32,000 nucleotides of DNA from Geobacter metallireducens GS-15 (GCF_000012925.1 NC_007517.1:120001-152000), one strand, 5' to 3'; shown: positions 7,820 to 17,847, counted from the first letter of the stretch. The notes: generated by a model from the letters alone, not told the origin. A program made the numbers and translations.

Positions 7820-8374
7820 TTAGGATGACCGACGGGGCCTGGCCTTGATCTTGGGGACGCCGTTTTCGATGACGATGCGGAATTCCACCCGGTCGGTGCC
7901 GTATTTTGCCACGATCGCCGGCTTCTGCTTTTCAATGGCGGAGGCGACCATATCCCTGGTCACCGTCTCGACGGGGAGGTTGCAGGAGCGGCGCGCCTCG
8001 ATGAACTGGCGATAGAGCTCGTCCGCCTCGTCGTGGGACGGGGACGGAGAGGCGTCATTCTTGGCAGCTTGGGCGGGACGTTCGTGCATGGCCATGCGGA
8101 ACCGGTCCCGGGAGTACTTTCCCTCCTCCATGAGCCGGAGGATCCGGTTCCAGTACTGCCGGTAGGAACCCAGCTTTGCCACGAGGGAGTTGTACTTGAA
8201 GTTCAGCATGGTGTTGACGATCTTCACGCTGACGTACTTGCGCGCCAGCCGGTCGACCGTCTCGAGCAGGCGCAGGGGCTCCCGCTTCTCAAGGCCGAGG
8301 AAGTACTGCTCGTACTTGATGATCAGCTCATTGAGGCACTGCTCGAACTGGGCTATGTCTTCCGGAATTCCCAT
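7820..8374 (-). CDS. Conserved hypothetical protein (184 aa), helical N-domain plus basic C-domain
   Basis: I chose the internal ATG at 8374 (MGIPEDIAQFEQCLNELIIKYEQYFLG...) because GGAGAA lies 5 nt upstream. The longer ORF start at 8473 would overlap the glmU promoter region. I recognise no catalytic motif. It lies 57 nt upstream of the radical SAM gene on the same strand. Confidence 0.6.
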   Translation of the reverse strand: MGIPEDIAQFEQCLNELIIKYEQYFLGLEKREPLRLLETVDRLARKYVSVKIVNTMLNFKYNSLVAKLGSYRQYWNRILRLMEEGKYSRDRFRMAMHERPAQAAKNDASPSPSHDEADELYRQFIEARRSCNLPVETVTRDMVASAIEKQKPAIVAKYGTDRVEFRIVIENGVPKIKARPRRSS

Positions 8375-8453
8375 AGGTTCTCCGGGTTCGACTATAGACA
8401 GAAACCCCCCTCGGTGTAAAGACGAAAGCTTCCCGTTGCACCCGTCTATTCGC

Positions 8454-8481
8454 TTGACGTCCGCGCGGGGCATCGTATAGA
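8454..8481 (+). promoter_or_regulatory. Candidate sigma70 promoter for glmU-glmS (TTGACG-N16-TATAGA)
   Basis: ttgacg at 8454-8459, 16-nt spacer, tataga at 8476-8481, about 47 nt upstream of the glmU ATG. Confidence 0.45.
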
Positions 8482-8527
8482 GTAAATGGTTTCAAATCCA
8501 ATGATTTCTCCTCAAAGGAGGGCCGTC

Positions 8528-9958
8528 ATGGGCGATCTTGCGGCGATAATCCTTGCCGCCGGCAAGGGAACGAGAATGAAATCCGATCTGGTCAAGGTGA
8601 TGCATCCCCTGGCCGGCGCACCGATGGTCGCGTGGCCAGTGGAGGCGGCCCGGCAGGCGGGGACGTCCCGCATGGTGCTGGTGGTCGGCCACCAGGCGGA
8701 CACCATTCGTGAGCACTTCGCAGGAACAGAACAGGTAGCCTTTGCCCTCCAGGAGGAACAACTCGGCACCGGTCACGCCGTGGCCAGCGCCGCCGCGGCC
8801 CTCGACGGCTTTACGGGGAGAGTCCTCATCCTCTGCGGCGACGTCCCCCTTATCCGGCCCGAGACGCTCCGGGGGATGATCGACGCCCACGGGGCCACCG
8901 GTGCGGCCCTCACGGTCCTCACCACGCGTCTTGAAAACCCCTTCGGCTACGGCCGGATCATCCGCGGCTTTGACGGCCGGGTCATCCGGATCGTCGAGGA
9001 GAAGGATGCGACTCCCGAGGAGCGGGGCCGCAGAGAGGTAAACGCCGGCATCTACTGCGCCGAGGCGGCGTTTCTCTTCGACGCGGTCACGCGGATCGGC
9101 AACGACAACGCCCAGGGGGAATACTACCTCACCGACATCGTCACCATGGCCAACGAGCAGGGGCTCCGCTGCACCGCCCATCCCGTGGCCGACCCGGTTG
9201 AGGTCATGGGGGTGAACGACCGGGCCCAGCTGGCCGAAGCGGGGCGGTTTGCCCGGCAGCGGATCAACCGGGAGCTCATGCTCGACGGCGTGACCATCGT
9301 GGATCCGGCCGCCACCTACATCGACCGGGGGGCTGTCGTGGGGCGCGACACCACGGTCCATCCGGGAGTCCACCTCTCCGGCGAGACCCGGATCGGCGAA
9401 GGGTGCACCATCGAACAGGGGGCCGTCATCAAGGGGAGCACCCTCGGCAACGGCTGCGTCGTGGAACCGGGGGCCGTCATCCGGAGCTGCCGCCTCGGGA
9501 GCCACGTCATGGTGAAGGCCGGCTCCGTCATGGAGGATGCGATCATCCACGACCACACGGCCATCGGCCCCATGGCGCACCTCAGGCCCGGAACCGAACT
9601 CATGGCCCACGTGAAGATCGGCAACTTCGTCGAAACCAAGAAAATCACCATGGGCGAAGGCTCCAAGGCCTCCCACCTCACCTACCTGGGTGACGCCTCC
9701 ATCGGCAACAACGTCAACGTTGGATGCGGCACCATTACCTGCAACTACGACGGGGTGCGCAAGCACCGCACCGTCATCGAGGACGACGTCTTCGTGGGAA
9801 GCGACGTCCAGTTCGTGGCGCCCGTCACCGTCGGGCGGAACTCCCTCATCGCCGCCGGCACCACGGTGACCCGGGATGTCCCCCCCGACTCCCTGGCCAT
9901 TGCCCGGGCCCCCCAGGTGAACAAGGACGGGTGGAAACTCAAACAGCGGGATCAGTGA
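8528..9958 (+). CDS. glmU: Bifunctional UDP-N-acetylglucosamine pyrophosphorylase / glucosamine-1-phosphate N-acetyltransferase (476 aa)
   Basis: MGDLAAIILAAGKGTRMKSDLVKVMHPLAG (the LAAGKGTRM nucleotidyltransferase signature). The C-terminal half is left-handed beta-helix hexapeptide repeats (IGEGCTIEQGAVIKGSTLGNGCVVEPGAVI...). AGGAGG lies upstream of the ATG at 8528. Confidence 0.95.
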   Translation: MGDLAAIILAAGKGTRMKSDLVKVMHPLAGAPMVAWPVEAARQAGTSRMVLVVGHQADTIREHFAGTEQVAFALQEEQLGTGHAVASAAAALDGFTGRVLILCGDVPLIRPETLRGMIDAHGATGAALTVLTTRLENPFGYGRIIRGFDGRVIRIVEEKDATPEERGRREVNAGIYCAEAAFLFDAVTRIGNDNAQGEYYLTDIVTMANEQGLRCTAHPVADPVEVMGVNDRAQLAEAGRFARQRINRELMLDGVTIVDPAATYIDRGAVVGRDTTVHPGVHLSGETRIGEGCTIEQGAVIKGSTLGNGCVVEPGAVIRSCRLGSHVMVKAGSVMEDAIIHDHTAIGPMAHLRPGTELMAHVKIGNFVETKKITMGEGSKASHLTYLGDASIGNNVNVGCGTITCNYDGVRKHRTVIEDDVFVGSDVQFVAPVTVGRNSLIAAGTTVTRDVPPDSLAIARAPQVNKDGWKLKQRDQ

Positions 9959-9994
9959 CCCCTTTTTATCCATTTACTAACGGAGATTGAGACT

Positions 9995-11824
<1,830 letters not shown>

Positions 11825-11834
11825 CGGTTGACTA

Positions 11835-12299
11835 CTAGAAACAGCCAAGCTGGCACTGCCGGATCTTATACCTCTTGCTATTGGCCGCGTTCGCGACGGA
11901 CATCGGCTTTACGTTCAGTTCGTTGGCGAGGGCGAAGACGTTGGCGCAGGTGAGCGCCCCCTTTTCCTCAAGATCCTCGACGCGGCTGGAGACATCTTCG
12001 CTGACCGGCTCTGTCGCCGAGCCCAGGTGCGAAGTCTTGGACACCGCGAAGCAGGCGAGTTGACAGTCTGTCACGCGGATGCCGAGCTTGTCGATCATCG
12101 CCCCCACATCAAGGCGGGAAACCCCCACGTTGCCGGCCACCTTCCAGCCTGCCGGACAACTCACGTATCCGTCTTTCACGGCCGCTTTCACGGCGCTTTC
12201 CAGCTGTGCCAGGACTTCTTCGGAGAGATTACTCGGGTTTTCCGGCAACGTGATCCTGCCGCTCTTTTTCTTCCGGTCTGCATCACAAAAGTCGCGCAT
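11835..12299 (-). CDS. Hypothetical Cys-rich protein (154 aa) made of two homologous ~42-aa modules, each ending CQLxCF
   Basis: ATG at 12299 with GGAGAA upstream. Module A: DGYVSCPAGWKVAGNVGVSRLDVGAMIDKLGIRVTDCQLACF. Module B: KGALTCANVFALANELNVKPMSVANAANSKRYKIRQCQLGCF. Both share a C-x30-C-x3-C spacing. I could not assign a family with confidence. Confidence 0.65.
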   Translation of the reverse strand: MRDFCDADRKKKSGRITLPENPSNLSEEVLAQLESAVKAAVKDGYVSCPAGWKVAGNVGVSRLDVGAMIDKLGIRVTDCQLACFAVSKTSHLGSATEPVSEDVSSRVEDLEEKGALTCANVFALANELNVKPMSVANAANSKRYKIRQCQLGCF

Positions 12300-12350
12300 G
12301 GCAGTTCTCCTCTGAAATAAATCTACTCCTCTTGCTTGTAACGTGTTGCT

Positions 12351-13295
12351 TTACGCGTTCTGCGGCGCACCCTTCCGCAGGGTCTCTAGCCACTCCTGAA
12401 TAAAGAGGTCGAGGTACTCCCGGCTGATGGCGCTGGAATGGGGCGTGATCAGGACGTTGCGTTGCTCCCAGAGAGGCGAGGAGGCCGGCAGCGGCTCTTC
12501 GGCAAAGACATCCAGACCGGCACCTGCCAGGCGGCCATCCTCCAGGGCGGCCACAAGGTCTTCCTCCCGGTAACAGTTCCCTCGACCCAGGTTGTAAAGG
12601 TAGGCTCCCGGCCTCATGGCATTGAAGTGTCGTGCGGTGAAAATACCATCGGTTGCCGTCCCGCCGGGAAGCAGCAGAACCACATGATCGGCTTCAGGCA
12701 ACGCCTCCTCCAGCGCGTCAAAAGAGATCACCCTGTCGACACAAGGGCTGCCCGCAAAGGATTCCGGGTTGCGCTTGACCCCGGTTACGTGCGCACCGAA
12801 GGCTTTGAGCAGTTCCGCCATGGACTGCCCCAGCGCCCCCAAACCTACGATCATGACCCGCTGGCTGAAGAGGCCGACACAACCGCTGTAGTCCGGACGC
12901 CCCCACATCCGGCGGCCCTGATCTTCAAGCGACTGGCCGAGGCGCCGGTTGAAATAAAGCATCATGGAGAGAAGACTCTCGCGCATGATACGACCGTGGA
13001 AGCTGCCATGACAGGTCATCACCCTCCCTGACGGGTCTGCCGCAACCCAGTCACGGCCGGCGGCAGGAGTGAAGAGTGCCTTAAGCCGGGGAGCGGTCGC
13101 ATACCACTCGGGTTTGAAGACCCACACAAGGGCATATTCGGCATCGGGAAGCCGGTCCATGAAGTCGCTGTCGCTCGCCGAGACGGTAATGGCCACTTCC
13201 GGGAGTGCTTGGCGTATCTGCTCGACGTGACGTGGCTTCAGGGTGAAGGCGTCAATGTTGTTGTGCAGATGGATAAGGAGATTGCTGATCTTCAT
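12351..13295 (-). CDS. D-isomer-specific 2-hydroxyacid dehydrogenase family, NAD-binding (314 aa)
   Basis: VMIVGLGALGQSMAELLKAFGAHVTGVKR (GxGxxG Rossmann motif). The catalytic-region pattern NLGRGNCYREEDLVAALEDGRLAGAGLDVFAEEPLP...ITPHSS is typical of this family. Confidence 0.85.
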   Translation of the reverse strand: MKISNLLIHLHNNIDAFTLKPRHVEQIRQALPEVAITVSASDSDFMDRLPDAEYALVWVFKPEWYATAPRLKALFTPAAGRDWVAADPSGRVMTCHGSFHGRIMRESLLSMMLYFNRRLGQSLEDQGRRMWGRPDYSGCVGLFSQRVMIVGLGALGQSMAELLKAFGAHVTGVKRNPESFAGSPCVDRVISFDALEEALPEADHVVLLLPGGTATDGIFTARHFNAMRPGAYLYNLGRGNCYREEDLVAALEDGRLAGAGLDVFAEEPLPASSPLWEQRNVLITPHSSAISREYLDLFIQEWLETLRKGAPQNA

Positions 13296-13351
13296 GGGTG
13301 CGTTTCGCTCTCAGAAACCGTCGGTCTTATCAATGCGTTACAGGAGTAACG

Positions 13352-13380
13352 ACTATATCGATTCTGGCAGGCGTGGTCAA
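13352..13380 (-). promoter_or_regulatory. Candidate sigma70 promoter for the dehydrogenase gene (TTGACC-N17-TATAGT)
   Basis: On the minus strand, TTGACC (13380-13375), 17-nt spacer, TATAGT (13357-13352), about 55 nt upstream of the ATG at 13295. Confidence 0.5.
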
Positions 13381-13442
13381 TCTGCTGCGGCAAATCAGTA
13401 CCCTCTTGTTTTCTCGGAGATATATGTGCCCCCCTCGTGCCG

Positions 13443-14615
13443 CTACCGCAAGTGCCGCACTGCCCGCGTGAGCCCTTCCAGCGTGAGGGGGAACATGGGA
13501 AAGAGACCTCCTACCACGGGGACGGTCTCGTAGTGCATCCAGGAATTCTCGGGAAGCGGGTTCATCCAGGCCCGCCGGCCGAAGGCGTCGGCAAGCTGGC
13601 GGAGCCAGTCCAGGCCGGACATGGTGCCGGCACGATACCGCTCCAGAATGCCGGAAGGGCTCATCAGTTCGTAGGGGGCCATGGCCCCGTCGCCCACGAA
13701 GATGAGTCGATACTCCTTTCCGTACTCCCTGATCACCTCGGCCGTGGGGATGGATTCGTCGGAATCGAGGTCGACATAGAGGTCCTCGTAGACGCAGTTA
13801 TGGAAGTAGAATGCGCGGAAATCCCTGAAATGGTTGAGTCCGTGGGCCGCGGAAAAGAGCCGCTCCGACAGGGCCCTGAACGGCTCCATGGAACCACCCG
13901 AGTCCATAATCAGCAGAACGCGCACCTGGTTCTCCCGCTCGCGGGCAAAGACCAGATCGATCTCCCCGGCGTTCCTGCAGGTCCTGTCGATGGTGCCCTC
14001 AAGGTCGAGATGTTCCTCGGCACCGCATTCCCTCAGATCGCGCAGACGCTTCAGTGCCACGCCGATCTGGCGCACATCCAGGGTCAGATCATTGCGCAGG
14101 TTGCGGTAGCGCCGGCCAAAGGCCTGGAGCACGGCCCTTCCCCCGCCCCCCTCGGCAGCGAAGGATATCCCGGAGGGGTGGTTGCCGCCGGCGCCGAAGG
14201 GGCTCGTCCCACCGGTGCCGATCCACTTTTTCCCGCCGTGGTGGGCACCGTCCTGGGTACGCAGCCGCTCTTCCAGCTGCCGCAGCAGTTCGTCCAGGGA
14301 AAGCGCTTCCAGGCGGGCCAGCTCTTCCTCTGAAAGACGCCGCGGAGCCTGCGCATCCCGGAGCCATTCCAGGACCTTCTTCCTGGTGGCAAGATCTTCG
14401 GGTATCGGTGCATCCTTGAAGCAGTAGGCGAAAGCCTGGTCAAAGGCGTCGTAGTGGGCGACGTCCTTCACGAGGAGGCTGCGGGAGAGGTAATAGAAGT
14501 CCTCGAGGCTCTGGTTGTGGAGCCCATTGGCAAGCCCCTCCAGCAGGGTAAGCCACTCGGTGAGGCTCACCGGCACCTTGAGCGCCCGCAGTGAGTGGTA
14601 GAGAGCCAGAAACAT
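13443..14615 (-). CDS. VWA-domain protein, CoxE-like (390 aa)
   Basis: Starts MFLALYHSLRALKVPVSLTEWLTLLEGL, the characteristic N-terminus of CoxE-type VWA proteins. The VWA core is VLLIMDSGGSMEPF. The ATG at 14615-14613 overlaps the stop of the AAA gene (TGATG). The 143-codon upstream extension of the ORF lies inside the AAA gene and is rejected. Confidence 0.8.
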   Translation of the reverse strand: MFLALYHSLRALKVPVSLTEWLTLLEGLANGLHNQSLEDFYYLSRSLLVKDVAHYDAFDQAFAYCFKDAPIPEDLATRKKVLEWLRDAQAPRRLSEEELARLEALSLDELLRQLEERLRTQDGAHHGGKKWIGTGGTSPFGAGGNHPSGISFAAEGGGGRAVLQAFGRRYRNLRNDLTLDVRQIGVALKRLRDLRECGAEEHLDLEGTIDRTCRNAGEIDLVFARERENQVRVLLIMDSGGSMEPFRALSERLFSAAHGLNHFRDFRAFYFHNCVYEDLYVDLDSDESIPTAEVIREYGKEYRLIFVGDGAMAPYELMSPSGILERYRAGTMSGLDWLRQLADAFGRRAWMNPLPENSWMHYETVPVVGGLFPMFPLTLEGLTRAVRHLR

Positions 14616-15493
14616 CAGCGGAAAAAGCGGCGGCCCGCGGTGCGGACATCTGCCGACCGGCTGGCGTGGTGGGCGAGGATGTCGGCATCCTCCTGTATCT
14701 TGACGAGGGCGCCCAGAAACGGCACCGATTGGAGCGCGGGAGTCTCCTCCTCCGGCAGCCGTGCGCCGCTGGCCAGCAGCACCCGGATCCAGTCCAGCAG
14801 CTCCGAGGTGGAAGGGCGCTTGCGCAATCCCGGCACCTCGCGCAGACCGTAGAAGACCTTGCAGGCACTCCTCATGAGCTCGGCGGGCAGGTCCGGAAAG
14901 TGGACATCGATGATGGCGCGCATCTGCGTCTCGTCCGGAAAGTCGATGTAGTGGAATACGCAGCGGCGCAGGAACGCGTCGGGAAGCTCCTTCTCCGAGT
15001 TCGATGTAACGATCACCACCGGACGATGGGCGGCCGACACCCATTCGTCGGTCTCCAAGACGTGGAAACGCATCTCGTCCAGCTCGAACAGCAGGTCATT
15101 GGGAAACTCTATGTCTGCCTTGTCCACCTCGTCGATGAGGAGCACCACCCGCTCCGCGCTCCCGAAGGCCCTTCCCAGAGGACCGAGCTTGATGTAGTGG
15201 CGGATGTCCCGGACGTCTCCATCGCCGAAGCGGGCATCATTCAGGCGCTGGACCGTGTCGTAGGTATAGAGGCCGTCGCGGGCCTTTGTGGTGGACTTCA
15301 CGTTCCACAGGATGATCTCCATCCCCAATGCCTTGGCGATATGGTAGGCGAGAAGAGTTTTTCCCGTGCCCGGCTCCCCCTTGAGCAACAGCGGCCGTTC
15401 CAGGGCAATGGCCACGTTGACCACGTCCTGGAGCGCCCTGGAGGCGACGTACCCCTCGGTACCGCAAAATTGATGGAACGGGAGATTGCTCAT
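14615..15493 (-). CDS. MoxR/CoxD-like AAA+ ATPase (292 aa)
   Basis: Walker A LLKGEPGTGKT and Walker B VVLLIDEVDKA. The size and the immediately downstream VWA partner are typical of MoxR-VWA pairs. AAGGAGAG lies upstream of the ATG at 15493. Confidence 0.9.
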   Translation of the reverse strand: MSNLPFHQFCGTEGYVASRALQDVVNVAIALERPLLLKGEPGTGKTLLAYHIAKALGMEIILWNVKSTTKARDGLYTYDTVQRLNDARFGDGDVRDIRHYIKLGPLGRAFGSAERVVLLIDEVDKADIEFPNDLLFELDEMRFHVLETDEWVSAAHRPVVIVTSNSEKELPDAFLRRCVFHYIDFPDETQMRAIIDVHFPDLPAELMRSACKVFYGLREVPGLRKRPSTSELLDWIRVLLASGARLPEEETPALQSVPFLGALVKIQEDADILAHHASRSADVRTAGRRFFR

Positions 15494-15553
15494 GGTGCTC
15501 TCCTTTATTTGCTATTCTTGCCGATTGCGTGCTGCCATATTTTAATATAAAGG

Positions 15554-15572
15554 TACCATTTTACCATTTTAC
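15554..15572. repeat. Tandem 8-mer direct repeat (TACCATTT x2.4; GTAAAATG on the minus strand) in the AAA-ATPase upstream region
   Basis: taccattt at 15554-15561, taccattt at 15562-15569, then tac at 15570-15572. It lies directly adjacent to a TTGACA hexamer on the minus strand (15579-15574). Confidence 0.6.
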
Positions 15573-15783
15573 TGTCAACATAGGCGCTCACTTCTACCTT
15601 TCCATGTTCCACCTGATGTAGGCAGCCTTCGGTATGTTGCCACTCCTGCGGCCAACCACCCCTTCCGCCACATACGACATTGTAAAATCATAATTAGCCA
15701 CAGTGAATGGCAGATCGTTAGAGATTCATTCAACCACGGCAGTGACGACTCGCCAGGGACCTGAATTATGAAAAAATTTCCGA

Positions 15784-17049
15784 TTACATCGTGGTCTCTC
15801 CCGCTTTTCCTGCCGGAGGCATGGCGGCCCTCAGCCTGCCCACCCGCTCAACCACGGGAGGATGGGAATAGTAGAACGCCGCATAAAGGGGATGAGGGTG
15901 GAGATTGGAGAGATTCTCCGTGGAGAGCTTCACGAGGGCTGAGGCCAAGGCCTCCGCATCCCCCGTAATGTCGGTGGCGAAACGGTCCGCCTCCCGCTCG
16001 TGGCGGCGGGAGAGCCAACTGGAAAGGGGGGTGAAGGGGAAGGAAACGATGGAGCCCAGGAAACCGAGGATGACGAGTCGCGCCGCGAAGGAGGCGTCCG
16101 TCAGGCCGATGAGCCCCGGAAATCCCTCCCATCCCGTGAGTTTCCAGGCAAACCACGAGCCGGCCAGGGCACCGGCTTCCGTGAGGATCAACCGCCGGCG
16201 GATATGCCCCTTCTTCCAGTGGCCGATCTCGTGGGCAAGGACCGCCAGGATCTCCCGGTGGCTCATCTGGCGGATGAGGGTGTCGTAAAGGACGATACGC
16301 TTTACCCGGCCGATGCCGGTGAAGTAGGCATTGGAGTGGCGGCTGCGCCGGGAGGCGTCCACCTGCATGACCCGGCTGACCCGCAGCCCGGCCCGTTCAC
16401 ACAAGGCGCGGATCTCCTCCTCCAGCCCCTCCTCGGCGACCGGCTCGAACCGGTTGAAGAGGGGTTCGATGACGTAGGGGGAGAGGTACATGAGGAAGAG
16501 GGAGACCATGGCGAAGAACCCCCAGACCCAGAGCCACCAGAAGCGGGGACTCCACGCCACGAGGGCAAAGGCCCCGGCCACCAGGAGCCCGGTCAGCACC
16601 ACCGCGATGAGGGTCGACTTTGCCAGGTCCGAGAGCCAGAGGCCGGGAGTCGTGGTGTTGAAGCCGTAGCGGACTTCGAGGCGAAAGGTCCCGTAAAGGT
16701 CGAAGGGGATGCCGAGGAACGTCTGGATGAGGGTGAGACCCAGGAAGAAGAGGACACCCGAGAGGACGAAGGAGCCTCCCAGGGAGGCGAGCCACCGGTC
16801 ATAGGCCGGCAGAAGCCCGAAGAGAAAAATGAGGAGGAGCGCCGCGTCGAAGAGGGACTCGGCGAGCCCCAGGCGGCTCTGGTCAAGGGTATAGGCAACC
16901 GTTTTGCGGAGGGTTTCCGGCTCCACCGCCCCCTCGAAACCGGAGGGGACGGTGGAGCCGTACCGTTTCAGATGGCGGAGATTCAGCGTCCGAAGGAAAA
17001 AGCCGGCGCCAAGGGTAATGAGGTAGAAAAGGATGATGACGGCGGTCAT
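15784..17049 (-). CDS. Ste24/HtpX-like M48 integral-membrane zinc metalloprotease (421 aa)
   Basis: Multiple TM helices, HEIGHWKKGH (HExxH) and a distal glutamate in HEREADRF. The layout is that of CAAX-prenyl-protease-1-type bacterial homologs. The ATG at 17049 is 14 nt after the upstream stop and has no obvious SD, so it may be coupled. Confidence 0.85.
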   Translation of the reverse strand: MTAVIILFYLITLGAGFFLRTLNLRHLKRYGSTVPSGFEGAVEPETLRKTVAYTLDQSRLGLAESLFDAALLLIFLFGLLPAYDRWLASLGGSFVLSGVLFFLGLTLIQTFLGIPFDLYGTFRLEVRYGFNTTTPGLWLSDLAKSTLIAVVLTGLLVAGAFALVAWSPRFWWLWVWGFFAMVSLFLMYLSPYVIEPLFNRFEPVAEEGLEEEIRALCERAGLRVSRVMQVDASRRSRHSNAYFTGIGRVKRIVLYDTLIRQMSHREILAVLAHEIGHWKKGHIRRRLILTEAGALAGSWFAWKLTGWEGFPGLIGLTDASFAARLVILGFLGSIVSFPFTPLSSWLSRRHEREADRFATDITGDAEALASALVKLSTENLSNLHPHPLYAAFYYSHPPVVERVGRLRAAMPPAGKAGETTM

Positions 17050-17063
17050 GGAGGAGGAGAGCG

Positions 17064-17792
17064 TCAGCGCTTCACGGTCCCTTCCTCGATGATGACCTGA
17101 TACCGGTAGCCGCCGCCGAAATCCTTGTCCTTGCGGAGGGTGCCGGTGGCGGTCACCACGTCACCCACGGCCGGAAGATCCTGGGTGGTGACGGTCAGGT
17201 CGTTGGTTCCCTTCTTGGCATCGCCGCTACCGTCCTGGAGGTGGACCCAGTTTTTCCCCATGATGCCCGCGGACACCCTCATGACCTTCCCCCGCACGGC
17301 CACGGGTTTTCCGTCGAGGCTCCCCCTCTGCTCGTAGGTCTCGGCGATAGTGTGGGCGTTGGGGCTGGCAGCTTTCTCAACCTTCACCTGTTCGGCCGGG
17401 GCTACCACGACCCCCTTGCTCCCCGGAGAGCTCTTACCCGCCGTGCTTTCCACAGCCGATGCGAGACCCTCTGAGAAATAGATGCTCTCGAAGGTGCGCT
17501 TGAGGGCTTTACTGGCGAAGTTCTTCATCTCCATCCCCGGCTTGAGGGTAATCTCTCGGCCCACCTCCACGGGGGTTTCGGGGATGGCCGCCCACGTCTT
17601 CTTCCCGTCCCGCTCCAGGAGAAGGTAGGTGTACCCGCCGCTCGCCATGGTTTCCGCAACCTTCCCCGCCAGGGGAACGCCTGCCGGGGCGGTGGCCCCT
17701 CCCATGGAGGACGCGCCGGGACCGAAGGCGTGGGCACCGAGGGGGAGCGAAAGGGCAAGCGCGAGGGCTGAGATGCTGAGTGCTTTGTTCAT
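17064..17792 (-). CDS. Secreted hypothetical protein (242 aa), possibly OB-fold-like C-terminal domain
   Basis: MNKALSISALALALSLPLGAHA signal peptide. The ATG at 17792 is preceded by GAAGGAG. The ORF-track first codon at 17795 is TTG. The C-terminal GKPVAVRGKVMRVS...VTATGTLRKD resembles a beta-barrel/OB pattern (tentative). Confidence 0.65.
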   Translation of the reverse strand: MNKALSISALALALSLPLGAHAFGPGASSMGGATAPAGVPLAGKVAETMASGGYTYLLLERDGKKTWAAIPETPVEVGREITLKPGMEMKNFASKALKRTFESIYFSEGLASAVESTAGKSSPGSKGVVVAPAEQVKVEKAASPNAHTIAETYEQRGSLDGKPVAVRGKVMRVSAGIMGKNWVHLQDGSGDAKKGTNDLTVTTQDLPAVGDVVTATGTLRKDKDFGGGYRYQVIIEEGTVKR

Positions 17793-17820
17793 CAATGGAC
17801 TCCTTCAATAATGAGTAATC

Positions 17821-17847
17821 GATCCCTTCACCGGAGGGGAAGGGATC
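17821..17847. repeat. Perfect 9-bp inverted repeat (gatcccttc-N9-gaagggatc) in the leader of the secreted-protein/Ste24 operon
   Basis: Arms at 17821-17829 and 17839-17847. It lies 28 nt upstream of the ATG at 17792, just downstream of a candidate minus-strand promoter TTGTCT-N17-TAGTCT. Confidence 0.55.
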
